Source of the DNA: Clostridia bacterium
GTDB lineage: Bacteria; Bacillota; Clostridia; Christensenellales; UBA1242
Direction of reading: 5' to 3'
DNA: 64,000 bases
Assembly (NCBI GenBank): GCA_016297845.1
Contig: JAEDFV010000002.1
Coordinates: forward strand, 671-64,670
Both the position numbers and the translations under genes were made by a program. Below the pieces are notes generated by a model that saw only the letters and a program-made list of their open reading frames with translations, had not been told where the DNA came from and searched no databases. Below are positions 28,797 to 38,256 of the stretch, piece after piece. Position 1 is the first letter of the stretch, and each line of letters starts with the position of its first letter.

Positions 28797-30200
28797 TTAT
28801 TTCCTTGTGCCATTTGCTGAAATTTGCCATGTAGTTTCATCTTCTAAAATTGAGATTTCAAACTTTACACCTTTAATATTTCCTGAAAATTTAGTTGTTT
28901 TGTCTTTAAGTTTTTCATACTCTTCATTTTTTACAACTGTATATTCAATTTTTTCGCCATCTCCAAAAATAGTATAAGTTACAGTCTTCTTCTCCAAATC
29001 TTCATCTTTTGAGAAGGTATAATCAATTCCATAAATTGTAACAGTCTTGGTTGAGTCAACTTCTAAGCTTTCTGAATATGAAACATTTTGATTGCCAAAA
29101 ACAAATTTACCTAAAGTGTGAACATCTCTTTCAATCAAATCACCTTCAACAGTTATATTACAATTTTCAACAACAATTTCATCAAATCCACCATATGCTT
29201 TTTCGCCAGCAGATATTTTTCCAGTTATACCTTTAAAAGCATAATCACACTTCTTGCTTGAATTGTCTATCAAAACATTTCCAATTACATTGTTAAATGT
29301 TTGACTTCCATAAATATTTTTTAAATAAAGATTCGATGCATTAACATTTCCATATTTAGAAGTTGCATTTTCACTTTCAATTTTAACATTTCCCGTTGCA
29401 ACAATTGAATTTTCTGCGCTAAAAGTTACGCTCCCTGTTGTTTTAATATTCAAATCTGTGGCATACATTGTTGTTGCACAAGAAAGAGATTTAGCATCAA
29501 TTTCACATACACCTTTTGACGATGATGTTCCAACATAACCAAATTCTGTTACCCTAACTGTGTTTGAAGTTGTCACATTAAGAGATTTCAGATATAAAGA
29601 TTTAGGTTCAAGATTGCTGTCGGTTTTTGTATCTCCAATTGTAACATCGCCACTTCCAGCATTAATTTTTAAATTAAATTTTGTTGCACTCGAACTTGAA
29701 TATTTATCAAAAGGAAGAGCAATATTAATTGAACAACTGTTTGTTATATTCCAAAATCCTTGTGGAACTTTTGCAACAATTTCCAAAGTTTTTGTGTCAG
29801 TGTAATAATTACATCTCATAATTGAACTAATTATTTCGTCAGTTGTAAAACCTGCACACTCATTTTTCATTGTTACATGAAACTCTGTGTAATTGGTCAT
29901 TCCGCTGTTAGCAGACAACACATTAACGGAATGAACATTTGAATTAATTATCAAATTTTCAATCTCAAGATTTTTGAAGAATGTCCCATCTCCGTCAATT
30001 TTTTCATAGGTGTCTCCTGAAACTGAATAAATTTGTGCTTTGTCAAAAAGTTTTTCATTTTCAACTTTATAATATTTAAGACCAAAAATGCTTGTTCCAG
30101 GGCTAAAAATTAATATACAAACACAAACAACGAAACCTGCGAACAAAATCCCCAAAAGTAATAATAAATAAAAGACAAATCCTTTATTAATTTTTTTCAT
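28797..30200 (-). CDS. N-terminally membrane-anchored beta-strand-rich extracytoplasmic protein (DUF4097/adhesin-like)
   Basis: One N-terminal TM helix followed by S/T/N/V-rich short-strand periodicity. No catalytic motif. Confidence 0.5.
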   Translation of the reverse strand: MKKINKGFVFYLLLLLGILFAGFVVCVCILIFSPGTSIFGLKYYKVENEKLFDKAQIYSVSGDTYEKIDGDGTFFKNLEIENLIINSNVHSVNVLSANSGMTNYTEFHVTMKNECAGFTTDEIISSIMRCNYYTDTKTLEIVAKVPQGFWNITNSCSINIALPFDKYSSSSATKFNLKINAGSGDVTIGDTKTDSNLEPKSLYLKSLNVTTSNTVRVTEFGYVGTSSSKGVCEIDAKSLSCATTMYATDLNIKTTGSVTFSAENSIVATGNVKIESENATSKYGNVNASNLYLKNIYGSQTFNNVIGNVLIDNSSKKCDYAFKGITGKISAGEKAYGGFDEIVVENCNITVEGDLIERDVHTLGKFVFGNQNVSYSESLEVDSTKTVTIYGIDYTFSKDEDLEKKTVTYTIFGDGEKIEYTVVKNEEYEKLKDKTTKFSGNIKGVKFEISILEDETTWQISANGTRK

Positions 30201-30265
30201 TTATTTCTCCTTGATTGACATTTTAACATATAAAGAATAAATAATCAACATTTTCGAAAAAAATC

Positions 30266-30293
30266 TTGACTTTTAATGTCTTAAATCTATAAT
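30266..30293 (+). promoter_or_regulatory. Sigma-A-type promoter
   Basis: TTGACT-N16-TATAAT. AAGGAGG RBS at 30300-30306 precedes ATG 30310. Confidence 0.45.
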
Positions 30294-30309
30294 TAAAATT
30301 AAGGAGGAT

Positions 30310-31182
30310 ATGAAAATGTATTACTTTGACGATGACGACGACAGCACCAATAACGGCGGATATGGATATTATAATAAACAATTAAATGAAGAAGCAAAAG
30401 AAGCTGTAATTCGACTGAATGAAGCCACCGAACAAGATATTGTTAGGAAATTAAACATATTCAAAAAAAATTATAAAAAACTTTTAAACTCGTTTATGTT
30501 TTTAGAGCAAAAAATTGATGAATTAAATAATGATTATAATAGAACAAAAGATTTTGCTATAAATAAAGCAATATATGTTGATTTATTAAAGCAAGATTTA
30601 AATAATTCTTTCTCTTATGAGACAAAACAAAAATTTTTAGATGAGATTGACAGAACATTAGGGCAAATTCGTGCTGGCCTTGTCCAATATGCAGACGTAA
30701 AAATTCAAGTTGGTAAATATCCTTTTAAAATTACGCAAGAAGAAAAATTGAAGAGAGAAATGAGTTTAATGCCAAAGTGGAGAACCACACAAAAACTTTA
30801 TGATACAGAGTGCGATAAGTTATCACAATATGAAAAAACTCTAGACAAAATTACTGTTGAATTAAAAGAAAAAAAGAACGACTATGAAACTTATAAGCAA
30901 GAGGCAACTAAAGATGAGGAAAAAGCTAAATACTACGATCAAAATAAGGATTTTGTAGATGGATTTGATAATCAATTAAATAATCTAAAACATAGTTTAG
31001 AGGTTTATATAAATAAACATAAAGAAACTAATTTGAAAAAATCAATACTAAAAACACTTAAAGCTTCTAAAATAAAAAATAAAGAAACAGAACTTGTAAC
31101 AGAAAAAACAATTAAAGACCTTATTTATAATGTTTGTACAAAAAAATTATTAAATTTTCCAGACGTACAAAGAGAAATGTAA
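30310..31182 (+). CDS. Coiled-coil protein, unknown function
   Basis: 290-aa ORF with strong RBS, acidic DDDDD N-terminus, and long K/E/L-rich helical sequence. Confidence 0.5.
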   Translation: MKMYYFDDDDDSTNNGGYGYYNKQLNEEAKEAVIRLNEATEQDIVRKLNIFKKNYKKLLNSFMFLEQKIDELNNDYNRTKDFAINKAIYVDLLKQDLNNSFSYETKQKFLDEIDRTLGQIRAGLVQYADVKIQVGKYPFKITQEEKLKREMSLMPKWRTTQKLYDTECDKLSQYEKTLDKITVELKEKKNDYETYKQEATKDEEKAKYYDQNKDFVDGFDNQLNNLKHSLEVYINKHKETNLKKSILKTLKASKIKNKETELVTEKTIKDLIYNVCTKKLLNFPDVQREM

Positions 31183-31204
31183 AAAGCACAATATGTGCTT
31201 TTTA
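31181..31204. terminator. Bidirectional rho-independent terminator
   Basis: AAAAAGCACA-ATAT-GTGCTTTTT between convergent genes. Confidence 0.6.
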
Positions 31205-31795
31205 TTTTATGTCGTTTTCGATTCTTTCCAAAATATTTTCTATTCCTCTCCTATCAATACTGCTTGATGTCAAAACATTTCCAATCGCAATTTTCAATTC
31301 GCTTGTAATAATTTTTAAATACTGCTGAATTTTACTTTTTGGAATTTTGTCAACTTTTGTTGCAACAACGCTAAATGGAATTTGATTGTAATATAAGAAC
31401 TCTATCATAAGTTTGTCCAAATTGCTTGGCCTGTGTCGAATGTCAACAAGAACAAAAACCCTTTTCAAATTCTTTGCATTCAAAAGATATGTTCCAATCA
31501 AATCAGACCACGATTCGTTTGTCGCCTTCCCCGCCTTAGAAAAACCATATCCGGGCAAATCAACTAATAAAAATCTGTCATTCTCATTTTTGTTAACCCA
31601 AAAATAATTGATGAGTTTTGTATGCCCCGGATTTGATGAAGTTTTTGCCAAACTTTTTTTATTCACCAAAGAATTTATCAACGAACTTTTCCCGCAATTA
31701 CTTCTTCCAACAAAAGCAAACTCTTTTGCATCAAGTTCTAATATTTTATCTTTATTTGCGACACTTGTTAAAAATTCTGAACTCATAATTTTCAT
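31202..31795 (-). CDS. engB: Ribosome biogenesis GTPase YsxC/EngB
   Basis: G1 GRSNCGKSSLINSL, G3 DLPGYG, G4 TKVDK. Confidence 0.9.
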   Translation of the reverse strand: MKIMSSEFLTSVANKDKILELDAKEFAFVGRSNCGKSSLINSLVNKKSLAKTSSNPGHTKLINYFWVNKNENDRFLLVDLPGYGFSKAGKATNESWSDLIGTYLLNAKNLKRVFVLVDIRHRPSNLDKLMIEFLYYNQIPFSVVATKVDKIPKSKIQQYLKIITSELKIAIGNVLTSSSIDRRGIENILERIENDIK

Positions 31796-31878
31796 GAAAT
31801 GATTATAACATATTTATGATTAAATATTGCATATTTTTTTTAACTATGTTAAAATTTAAACAAAAAAGGAGTTAATAT

Positions 31879-32187
31879 ATGTTTAAAAGAGTTTTAAATT
31901 GGATTGTCGCTGTCGCGGGATTCTTGCTTCTAATTGGACTTTTATTAATTTCACTTAACAACAATTTGCATTTTATGGACGAAACAATAGCAAAAGCCCC
32001 AGGACTTGTTAATTACATAACAAACTATGGTGCATTGACGATAGTTGGTGCTTTGGTCGTAGTAAATTTAATAGGTAAAAGCATAATAAAAATTGTTCTT
32101 CTAGTACTTTTCTTAATCTTGCTTGCATTCTATATTTTTTCAAGTGTTTTCCCATCTCAATTTGTATCACTCTTTGGAATAGCCTAA
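31879..32187 (+). CDS. Small membrane protein
   Basis: 102-aa ORF with three hydrophobic helices. GGAG RBS. Confidence 0.5.
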   Translation: MFKRVLNWIVAVAGFLLLIGLLLISLNNNLHFMDETIAKAPGLVNYITNYGALTIVGALVVVNLIGKSIIKIVLLVLFLILLAFYIFSSVFPSQFVSLFGIA

Positions 32188-32260
32188 AACTGCAATTTTT
32201 GCAGTTTTTTATTGCAAAATTCTCAAATAGTGATATAATATTCCCAAACGGAGGTAATTT

Positions 32261-32782
32261 ATGAATGAGCAAGAAATAAGTAAAGACCTTAAATCAAAAG
32301 GGAAATTTAATTTCCTTTTATCTGGCGTATTACATTTTGGCGCAGCAGGAGCTGTTGCCGCAACAATTCCACTTTGGTTGCCATATACAATAGGTGGAAT
32401 AGAAATTGGAATGATAACTGCCCTTTGCGCCGGCGCAGCTGTTTCACTTGGTTTTGGGATTGAAAAATTGGGTTCTGCAATAAAAGATTATTCACTTGCA
32501 AAAAATATCCAAAAATTGAGCAAAGAAAAATTTGTTAAAAAATATGAAAAATCAAAAAATAAAATTGCCCAACAAATTGTTGAGAAATATAAATCAGAAT
32601 TGACAACTGAAAACAATGAAACTGTTAACGAAGAACCAAAGCCTGAAAACCAAGAACCAAAAAACGAACCAACGATTGAAAATGTTCAAACTCACACACC
32701 AGTTGCTCCTTCAAAACCAAAAATTCAACCAAAACGTCCAGCACCAAAAACAAAAACCCCACAAGATAATGAACTTGCATAA
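32261..32782 (+). CDS. Membrane protein with Pro/Lys/Glu-rich C-terminal tail
   Basis: Two Gly/Ala-rich TM helices, then EPKPENQEPKNEP...PKRPAPKTKTP. GGAGG RBS. Confidence 0.5.
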   Translation: MNEQEISKDLKSKGKFNFLLSGVLHFGAAGAVAATIPLWLPYTIGGIEIGMITALCAGAAVSLGFGIEKLGSAIKDYSLAKNIQKLSKEKFVKKYEKSKNKIAQQIVEKYKSELTTENNETVNEEPKPENQEPKNEPTIENVQTHTPVAPSKPKIQPKRPAPKTKTPQDNELA

Positions 32783-32837
32783 AAACAATGTTAAAAATAG
32801 GATTGCCAAAGTACTTTTTGATGTACTTAAAAATCTG

Positions 32838-32868
32838 AAAGACGACTTAAAAAAGTCGTCTTTTTTAT
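32838..32868 (+). terminator. Rho-independent terminator; left edge of island
   Basis: AAAGACGAC-N8-GTCGTCTTTTTT. Confidence 0.6.
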
Positions 32869-32898
32869 TTCGTGTATAGTTGTCAAAAACACTAATCC

Positions 32899-33099
32899 GT
32901 GCAGTCTTCCCAGTGGCCACACTTCCACTCACTTCGCCACACAAACATAAACTTACAACTGATGGCTAGTATAGCTATGAAAATAGTCTCTGCCCGTGCA
33001 GAACCTTCAAAAGCCTCAACCACAAGCGACTTCTACAGCCACTTCATAAAGAACTCAGACATCCATGCAAGTGAGATATTAAATAAAATTTTTGAATAA
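32899..33099 (+). pseudogene. Tyrosine integrase C-terminal remnant
   Basis: SLRHTNINLQL...KASTTSDFYSHFIKNSDIHASEILNKIFE aligns with the C-terminus of the 36900..37172 fragment (LHSLRHTNITLQL...KASTTSDFYSHFLKTPDQHASATIDKIFE). The entire N-terminal body is missing. Confidence 0.7.
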
Positions 33100-33264
33100 A
33101 TTATAAAGAAAAATGGCACTAAACGTTGCAAATCAAAAAATTTTAAACTTAAATTACAAAAGTTTGAAGAAGTATTACTATTTCTCCAACCTTTTGCATT
33201 TTTAGGAGGATAAAATGAAAAATTTAAATAAAAAGATAAACAAATTTTATATGGAGGTGCTATA

Positions 33265-33558
33265 ATGGGTTCAGGTGGTGTTCCTAATAGAACCATAGAA
33301 AGGATTGATGGAAAACGTGGAGATTTGCCTACAAGCGGAGCTAAACCTAACTCTCGTTGTGATTTATATGTGAATGGGCAAAAAGTTCAATGTAGATGGT
33401 TTGACTCAAAAGGTAATGTTGTAAGAAATAGAGATTTTAATCATCAAGATGCACACAATAATCATGAGTTTCCGCACGATCATAATTGGAGTTGGGACAA
33501 AGGATTTCCTGAGAGAAATCCAGAGAATCTAGTTCCTGACTATGAAATGTTCTATTAA
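33265..33558 (+). CDS. Small His-rich protein resembling a free-standing polymorphic-toxin-type C-terminal domain
   Basis: GAKPNSRCDLYVNGQKVQCRWFDSKGNVVRNRDFNHQDAHNNHEFPHDHNW fits a G.PNS..DLY..G...Q.R.yd..G.....D..H.....H.FPH.H.W pattern, which I recall from toxin or phage MuF C-terminal modules (from memory, unverified). GGAGG RBS. Confidence 0.45.
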   Translation: MGSGGVPNRTIERIDGKRGDLPTSGAKPNSRCDLYVNGQKVQCRWFDSKGNVVRNRDFNHQDAHNNHEFPHDHNWSWDKGFPERNPENLVPDYEMFY

Positions 33559-33570
33559 AAGGAGATAAAA

Positions 33571-34257
33571 ATGACAAAAAAATTAAGTGAATATGAAATA
33601 GATAAGCAAAACAAGAAACAACAACTAGTTAGAAACGAGTTTTTATATAATGGCAATTCTGCAGGTCAGTACAACATGCCTTTAATTCGCAAACAAAACA
33701 TAGATATTAGTAAAATTGAATTTTTAAGTTATGTTAACAAATGGAAAAAACAAAATAAAAATGTCTCTGGATTAAAAGCTAAGGACTTTAAATTTTTTGA
33801 TTATGATGATCCCTATGTAAAAGACCAAATGACAAAATGTTCAATTTGTGGATCAGTAGCACTACAAGACCAGTATGGAAATGGAGAATGCAAAAAGTGT
33901 GGCTGGAAATTTTTTAAGGACGAAGAAATTTTTGAACAAAAAATAGGTATAAGTTATCCTATGTTAGTTACACCAACAACTGCAAGAGAACAATATAAAA
34001 AAGGATTACCATTCAAAGCAACTTTTACAGAATTTGTTAACGGTTTATTCTTCTATAGTGAAATGCTTTTCATATATAATAATATAATGTATGAGGTGTT
34101 CTTAAAACAAGACTATACCATAGTGTTTTGCTCAAAAGATATGCAACAAGAATATAAAACAAGACAAGAATTCGAAAATAATGCGAATATAAGTGGGAAA
34201 TTATTAAAAGATATTTGGAATGACGTTTCATTTGCTGGCTTTATGTATTGTGAATAA
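33571..34257 (+). CDS. Zinc-ribbon (CPCC-like) protein, possible cognate partner of 33265..33558
   Basis: CSICGS...x13...CKKCGW motif. Starts 12 nt after the upstream stop, with a GGAG RBS. Confidence 0.5.
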   Translation: MTKKLSEYEIDKQNKKQQLVRNEFLYNGNSAGQYNMPLIRKQNIDISKIEFLSYVNKWKKQNKNVSGLKAKDFKFFDYDDPYVKDQMTKCSICGSVALQDQYGNGECKKCGWKFFKDEEIFEQKIGISYPMLVTPTTAREQYKKGLPFKATFTEFVNGLFFYSEMLFIYNNIMYEVFLKQDYTIVFCSKDMQQEYKTRQEFENNANISGKLLKDIWNDVSFAGFMYCE

Positions 34258-34260
34258 AAC

Positions 34261-34291
34261 AAAAAAGACGCCGTAAAATAGCGTCTTTTTT
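34261..34291 (+). terminator. Rho-independent terminator (island junction copy B)
   Basis: AAAAAAGACGCC-GTAAAATA-GCGTCTTTTTT. Near-duplicate of 38225-38256. Confidence 0.6.
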
Positions 34292-34300
34292 CATGAAAAT

Positions 34301-34345
34301 TGGTGCAACCGAGATGATTCGAACATCCGACCTATCGCTTAGGAG
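34301..34345 (-). other. tRNA-Arg(CCT) 3' fragment (anticodon loop to CCA), att-type duplication
   Basis: Minus strand reads CTCCTAA-GCGAT-AGGTC-GGATG-TTCGAAT-CATCT-CGGTTGC-A-CCA. There is no matching 5' half upstream. Confidence 0.75.
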
Positions 34346-34598
34346 CAATAGAAAATCATTAAAATAACCTTTCTATCACTCATTATATCAATTATCATTA
34401 GAATGATAATCAATTTCACACAAAATCTCAACCAAATTGATTAACTTTTCTAACTTTTAATCAAACCAACCCAAAATCACGGTGACGATTTGGTGCACTT
34501 TTGAGCAAAATTGTACTTTGGGTGCAAATTGAAGATTTTTTTGTTTTTAGATACAAATAAGATGTTTTTATGTTATAATATTCTTATAGGAGTAAAAT

Positions 34599-35627
34599 AT
34601 GCCATTTCTAGGAACTGACAAAGTTGCATACAGAAAAGCGTCTAAAGGCAAAACGCCAAAACAAAGAAGTAAAATATATTATCAAGAAAAAGCAAAGAAC
34701 GAAAGAAAATCAAAGCAATCAAAAAAGCCTAAATTAACAAAACCAATAAATTCGTCTATAAAATCTAGATCTTTGCCTAAAAATACCAACTATGTGTCTA
34801 GAACACAACATAAACAATCTTTACCAAAAAATCGAACACCTTCCATAACAAGCAAAAGTAAGCCAACAACACAACCTAAAATTAATATAAAACAACAATT
34901 AAAAAAATCAAACTCGATTATTTGGGATAAAGCTCTAGATAGTTTAAGCAATACTATTAAGGATAAGATTTTAGATTTTACACTTGAACTTATAAAAGAA
35001 AATACAACTGAACAGATTGAAAAAGTTATCGACACATATCAAACCATAGAAAAATACATTAAGGTTGCACAAAAAATTTATAAAGTAATAGTAGATATTG
35101 ATAAAAAGATAAATAAATTTTCTATAAAATACGAACATCAACCAAACAGTGCATCTTCTCAATTAAAGTATAACAACGAATATGAAAGACATAAAAAAGT
35201 ATATTCAAAGTATGAAAACCTATCAAATCTAGTTGTCATTGATTTGCAAAATCTTGAAGTTTGGCATTTAGGTAAAAATAAAAAGCAAGCTAATAAACTT
35301 TTTAAATTAGTGCTACAAGGGAAAAAGATTGCAACTTCATATTTGTATGATGGGAATAATCCTCAAACAAATACATACAACATATTAACCAATTGGGATA
35401 AAAATAAACAAATATTAATTCAAACAACAAGCATTGAAGTAGTACCATTTAATAAAGTAACCAAGCAACATGCTCGAAACGAAGGTGAAGGCACTAAAAC
35501 TTTGCGTTATTGGCGTAAAACACATAAGAAGTTTTTTATAGAAGAACTCGCGGAAAAAAGTCAATCTTTTTCTGAAGAAACATTAATTGTATGTGAAATC
35601 TTTCGCGTTGTAAGAATACTAAAATAG
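34599..35627 (+). CDS. ASCH-domain protein with long Lys/Ser/Pro-rich N-terminal extension
   Basis: The C-terminal ~130 aa, WHLGKNKKQANKLFKLVLQGKKIATSYLY...VVPFNKVTKQHARNEGEGTKTLRYWRKTHKKFF, matches the ASCH/COG4405 pattern (GkKtAT.S ... A..EGEGD.sL..WR..H..fF). The first ~100 aa are low-complexity and basic. Confidence 0.7.
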   Translation: MPFLGTDKVAYRKASKGKTPKQRSKIYYQEKAKNERKSKQSKKPKLTKPINSSIKSRSLPKNTNYVSRTQHKQSLPKNRTPSITSKSKPTTQPKINIKQQLKKSNSIIWDKALDSLSNTIKDKILDFTLELIKENTTEQIEKVIDTYQTIEKYIKVAQKIYKVIVDIDKKINKFSIKYEHQPNSASSQLKYNNEYERHKKVYSKYENLSNLVVIDLQNLEVWHLGKNKKQANKLFKLVLQGKKIATSYLYDGNNPQTNTYNILTNWDKNKQILIQTTSIEVVPFNKVTKQHARNEGEGTKTLRYWRKTHKKFFIEELAEKSQSFSEETLIVCEIFRVVRILK

Positions 35628-36217
35628 ATTATCTGATGTGTTAGTCAAAATTTTGGCTAAATATTTTCTTACAAACTTTATAAGTAATCTCAATCACATG
35701 GTCAATTTCAAGGTTATGAATTTGACCTTTTTCTATGTCTAAATTAAAATATTCCTTCTATTTTTCTTTTGAAAAGCCTTTAACAAAAGCATCTTCAAGT
35801 TCACAAATCTTGTTTAACTGTAACTGCTCTTTAGCAGTTCTTTTTTCATTTTCTAGAATATCTCTGACTAGTTGTAAAACGTGGTCAACTTTTTCACCTC
35901 CATTTGAAATTATAGAAACATATTTGGCATAATCTTCGCCGTCGCTGTAAACCAGGATCAGTCAAACCAGAAATAAAATTCATTTTTAGTTCGGCAACTT
36001 TTTCTTTTTGCACTTTGAGTTTTTCAGAATCAACAAAAGACTTATTTAAATTCTTTTGCAAGTCTTTTAACAAAATAATTAAATATATAGGTAGAACAAT
36101 TGCCTCCTATGAGATAGTTCCAAGTTTGATTCTTCTTATTCACGCCAAAAATAACCCATCATTCCCTGAGTATGAAAAAATTGGTTATACTGATGATGTA
36201 ATAAGAGATTGGCTCAA

Positions 36218-36415
36218 TTAAATAGAAGCGAATGTACTCCGTTTGCTTTTAGAGTTTATGCGACTTATTAGGTGATAACTTTTGTCTTTAGCAAAACGAT
36301 GTCCAAAAGAATGTGGATATACGACCTTTGGATTTAAATACTCTTCCTTCATACATAACAAAAAATTGTTTTGCAGATCTAATTTAAGAATCAATGGTAT
36401 GAGTTTTAAAGCCAC
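36218..36415 (-). pseudogene. Tyrosine recombinase fragment (opposite orientation)
   Basis: ..YPHSFGHRFAKD.. resembles the H-x-x-R-H box with Arg replaced by Gly. The ORF is short and lacks the rest of the enzyme. The region 35640-36215 contains only frame-broken fragments. Confidence 0.4.
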
Positions 36416-36436
36416 GCTTATGCAAAAGAAACGATA

Positions 36437-37172
36437 ATGAAATTAAAACGAACACTAGCAACCATACTAGCAGATGCTAAAAGACAAAGATTGGTTGAAC
36501 ACAACTTCGCATCCCGTGACTATATAGCACCAATAAAAGGCTATAAAAAAGAAGTCAAAATACTAAACGATAAAGAAGCTAAGATACTGGCAAACTACTT
36601 ACACACAGAACCAAACCCAAGATGGAAGATTGCCTTGCTCACAGTATTATTTATGGGATTAAGGCGTGGCGAACTTGCAGGACTAGAATGGAAAGATATT
36701 GACTACGAAAACAAGACAATGACCATAGCGAGATCTGTTCATTATAGGATTTGGACTAATAACCAAAGAACCTAAAACTGAAAACTCAAAAAGAACAATC
36801 TCAATGTCAGATAAACTAATCGACTACTTAAAGGAATATGAAGTGTAGTGGCTAAACCAAAAGAAATATCTTGGAGATAGACTCGGAGATACAGATAGAT
36901 TGTTCTGCACAGAAGATGGCACAGATATATCCCCTGGGTTATTCAGAGTATGGCTACAAAAAACACTCGCAAAGGCAGGCTTGCCACGAGTAACACTTCA
37001 CTCTTTACGACATACCAATATAACCCTGCAACTTGCTAACGGTGTTGATATGAAAACAGTATCGGTAAGAGCTGGCCATTCAAAAGCATCAACAACTTCC
37101 GACTTCTATTCGCATTTCTTAAAAACACCAGATCAACACGCTAGCGCCACAATTGATAAAATTTTTGAATAA
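36437..37172 (+). pseudogene. Tyrosine integrase, N-terminally truncated and disrupted by a frameshift and an in-frame stop
   Basis: Catalytic-domain motifs GLRRGELAGLEW (Arg I) and LHSLRHTNIT (H-x-x-R). The frame breaks near 36750-36775, TAG at about 36846 (..EYEV*WLNQ..), and the C-terminal piece is 36900..37172. Confidence 0.8.
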
Positions 37173-37228
37173 AATAAGTTATTTATATAACACATTCGAT
37201 AATATGTTATAATATTGCTAATAAAGAG

Positions 37229-38239
37229 GTGAAAATGAATAAAAAGATTGTAGATGAATGTGTAAGCTTATCTGATGAAATTATAAAAAATATTGAATTA
37301 AATGAAATACCATTTGAAGCAATAATATTAAAGTGTTTAAGGGTTTGCAGGTTATTAAATGATGAAGTTGGAATCAAATTGTTTTCTTATGAGGCTTATG
37401 GCTACCCCTATAACGAAGAAAATGGTAATCTTGCCACAGAAGCGTGGGCAATAGTTAAGCTGGCTGGGCGATATTATGTTGATAAAGACAAATATGGCAA
37501 AGTAAAGAAATATGGAAAAACACAAACTGTTGCGGAACTAAACGCGTCTATAGATATTCTAAAAGCAAGAATGGAGTCTGCAAAAGATCCAAACATAAGC
37601 CTAGCATCCTCGAATCCTACCCAGTTTTTAAATCCCGTTTCTAATAGATCTGAAAGATTGGGAATTGTACAAGATATAGCTGCTATGACTAAAATCCTAG
37701 AAAAAATCAAAGGCGCTATTTATGATTATATTTTAAAACTTAATACACGTTTAAAGTTTGAGAATAATATATCTAGTATATTAGAAGAAAACGAACTAGA
37801 TGTAAACGAGAGGTTGTGTGATCTTGATTCAAATATTGTAAATAAAATTAAAGCCATAAATGACAATATTAATTCTGAAAATCCAGAAGATTGGTCTAAT
37901 GCCTTAACTTCATGTAGAAGAATTTTAAAGGATGTTGCAGACAAATTATATCCGCCAAGAGATCCAATAACTAAAGGAAATAAGCAGATAAAATTGGGAG
38001 AAGATAATGTAATAAATAGATTAATTGCTTTTGTGGAAGAAGGTAAAGAAAGCAAAACTTATAACAAAATAATTGGGGATAATTTAGATTATTTTGGAAA
38101 TCGATTGGATGCTATTTACAATGCTACATCAAAAGGAGTACATGCCGATTTAACACACTTTGAAGCTAAAAGATATGTTGTTTATACATATTTTATATTA
38201 GGGGATATTCTGAATTTATGTGATAAAAAAGACGCCTAG
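37229..38239 (+). CDS. Hypothetical cargo protein, possibly AbiTii-like (abortive infection) N-terminal domain
   Basis: Intact 336-aa ORF with GAGG RBS. The N-terminus IPFEAIILKCLRVCRLLNDEVGIKLFSYEAYGYP resembles the ..lLrkc..lA.rL.de.l..W...EL.GY pattern I associate with AbiTii. This is weak and motif-level only. Confidence 0.45.
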   Translation: MKMNKKIVDECVSLSDEIIKNIELNEIPFEAIILKCLRVCRLLNDEVGIKLFSYEAYGYPYNEENGNLATEAWAIVKLAGRYYVDKDKYGKVKKYGKTQTVAELNASIDILKARMESAKDPNISLASSNPTQFLNPVSNRSERLGIVQDIAAMTKILEKIKGAIYDYILKLNTRLKFENNISSILEENELDVNERLCDLDSNIVNKIKAINDNINSENPEDWSNALTSCRRILKDVADKLYPPRDPITKGNKQIKLGEDNVINRLIAFVEEGKESKTYNKIIGDNLDYFGNRLDAIYNATSKGVHADLTHFEAKRYVVYTYFILGDILNLCDKKDA

Positions 38240-38256
38240 ACAAGCGTCTTTTTTAT
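38225..38256 (+). terminator. Rho-independent terminator (island junction copy A)
   Basis: AAAAAAGACGCC-TAGACAA-GCGTCTTTTTT, overlapping the stop codon of 37229..38239. Confidence 0.6.
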
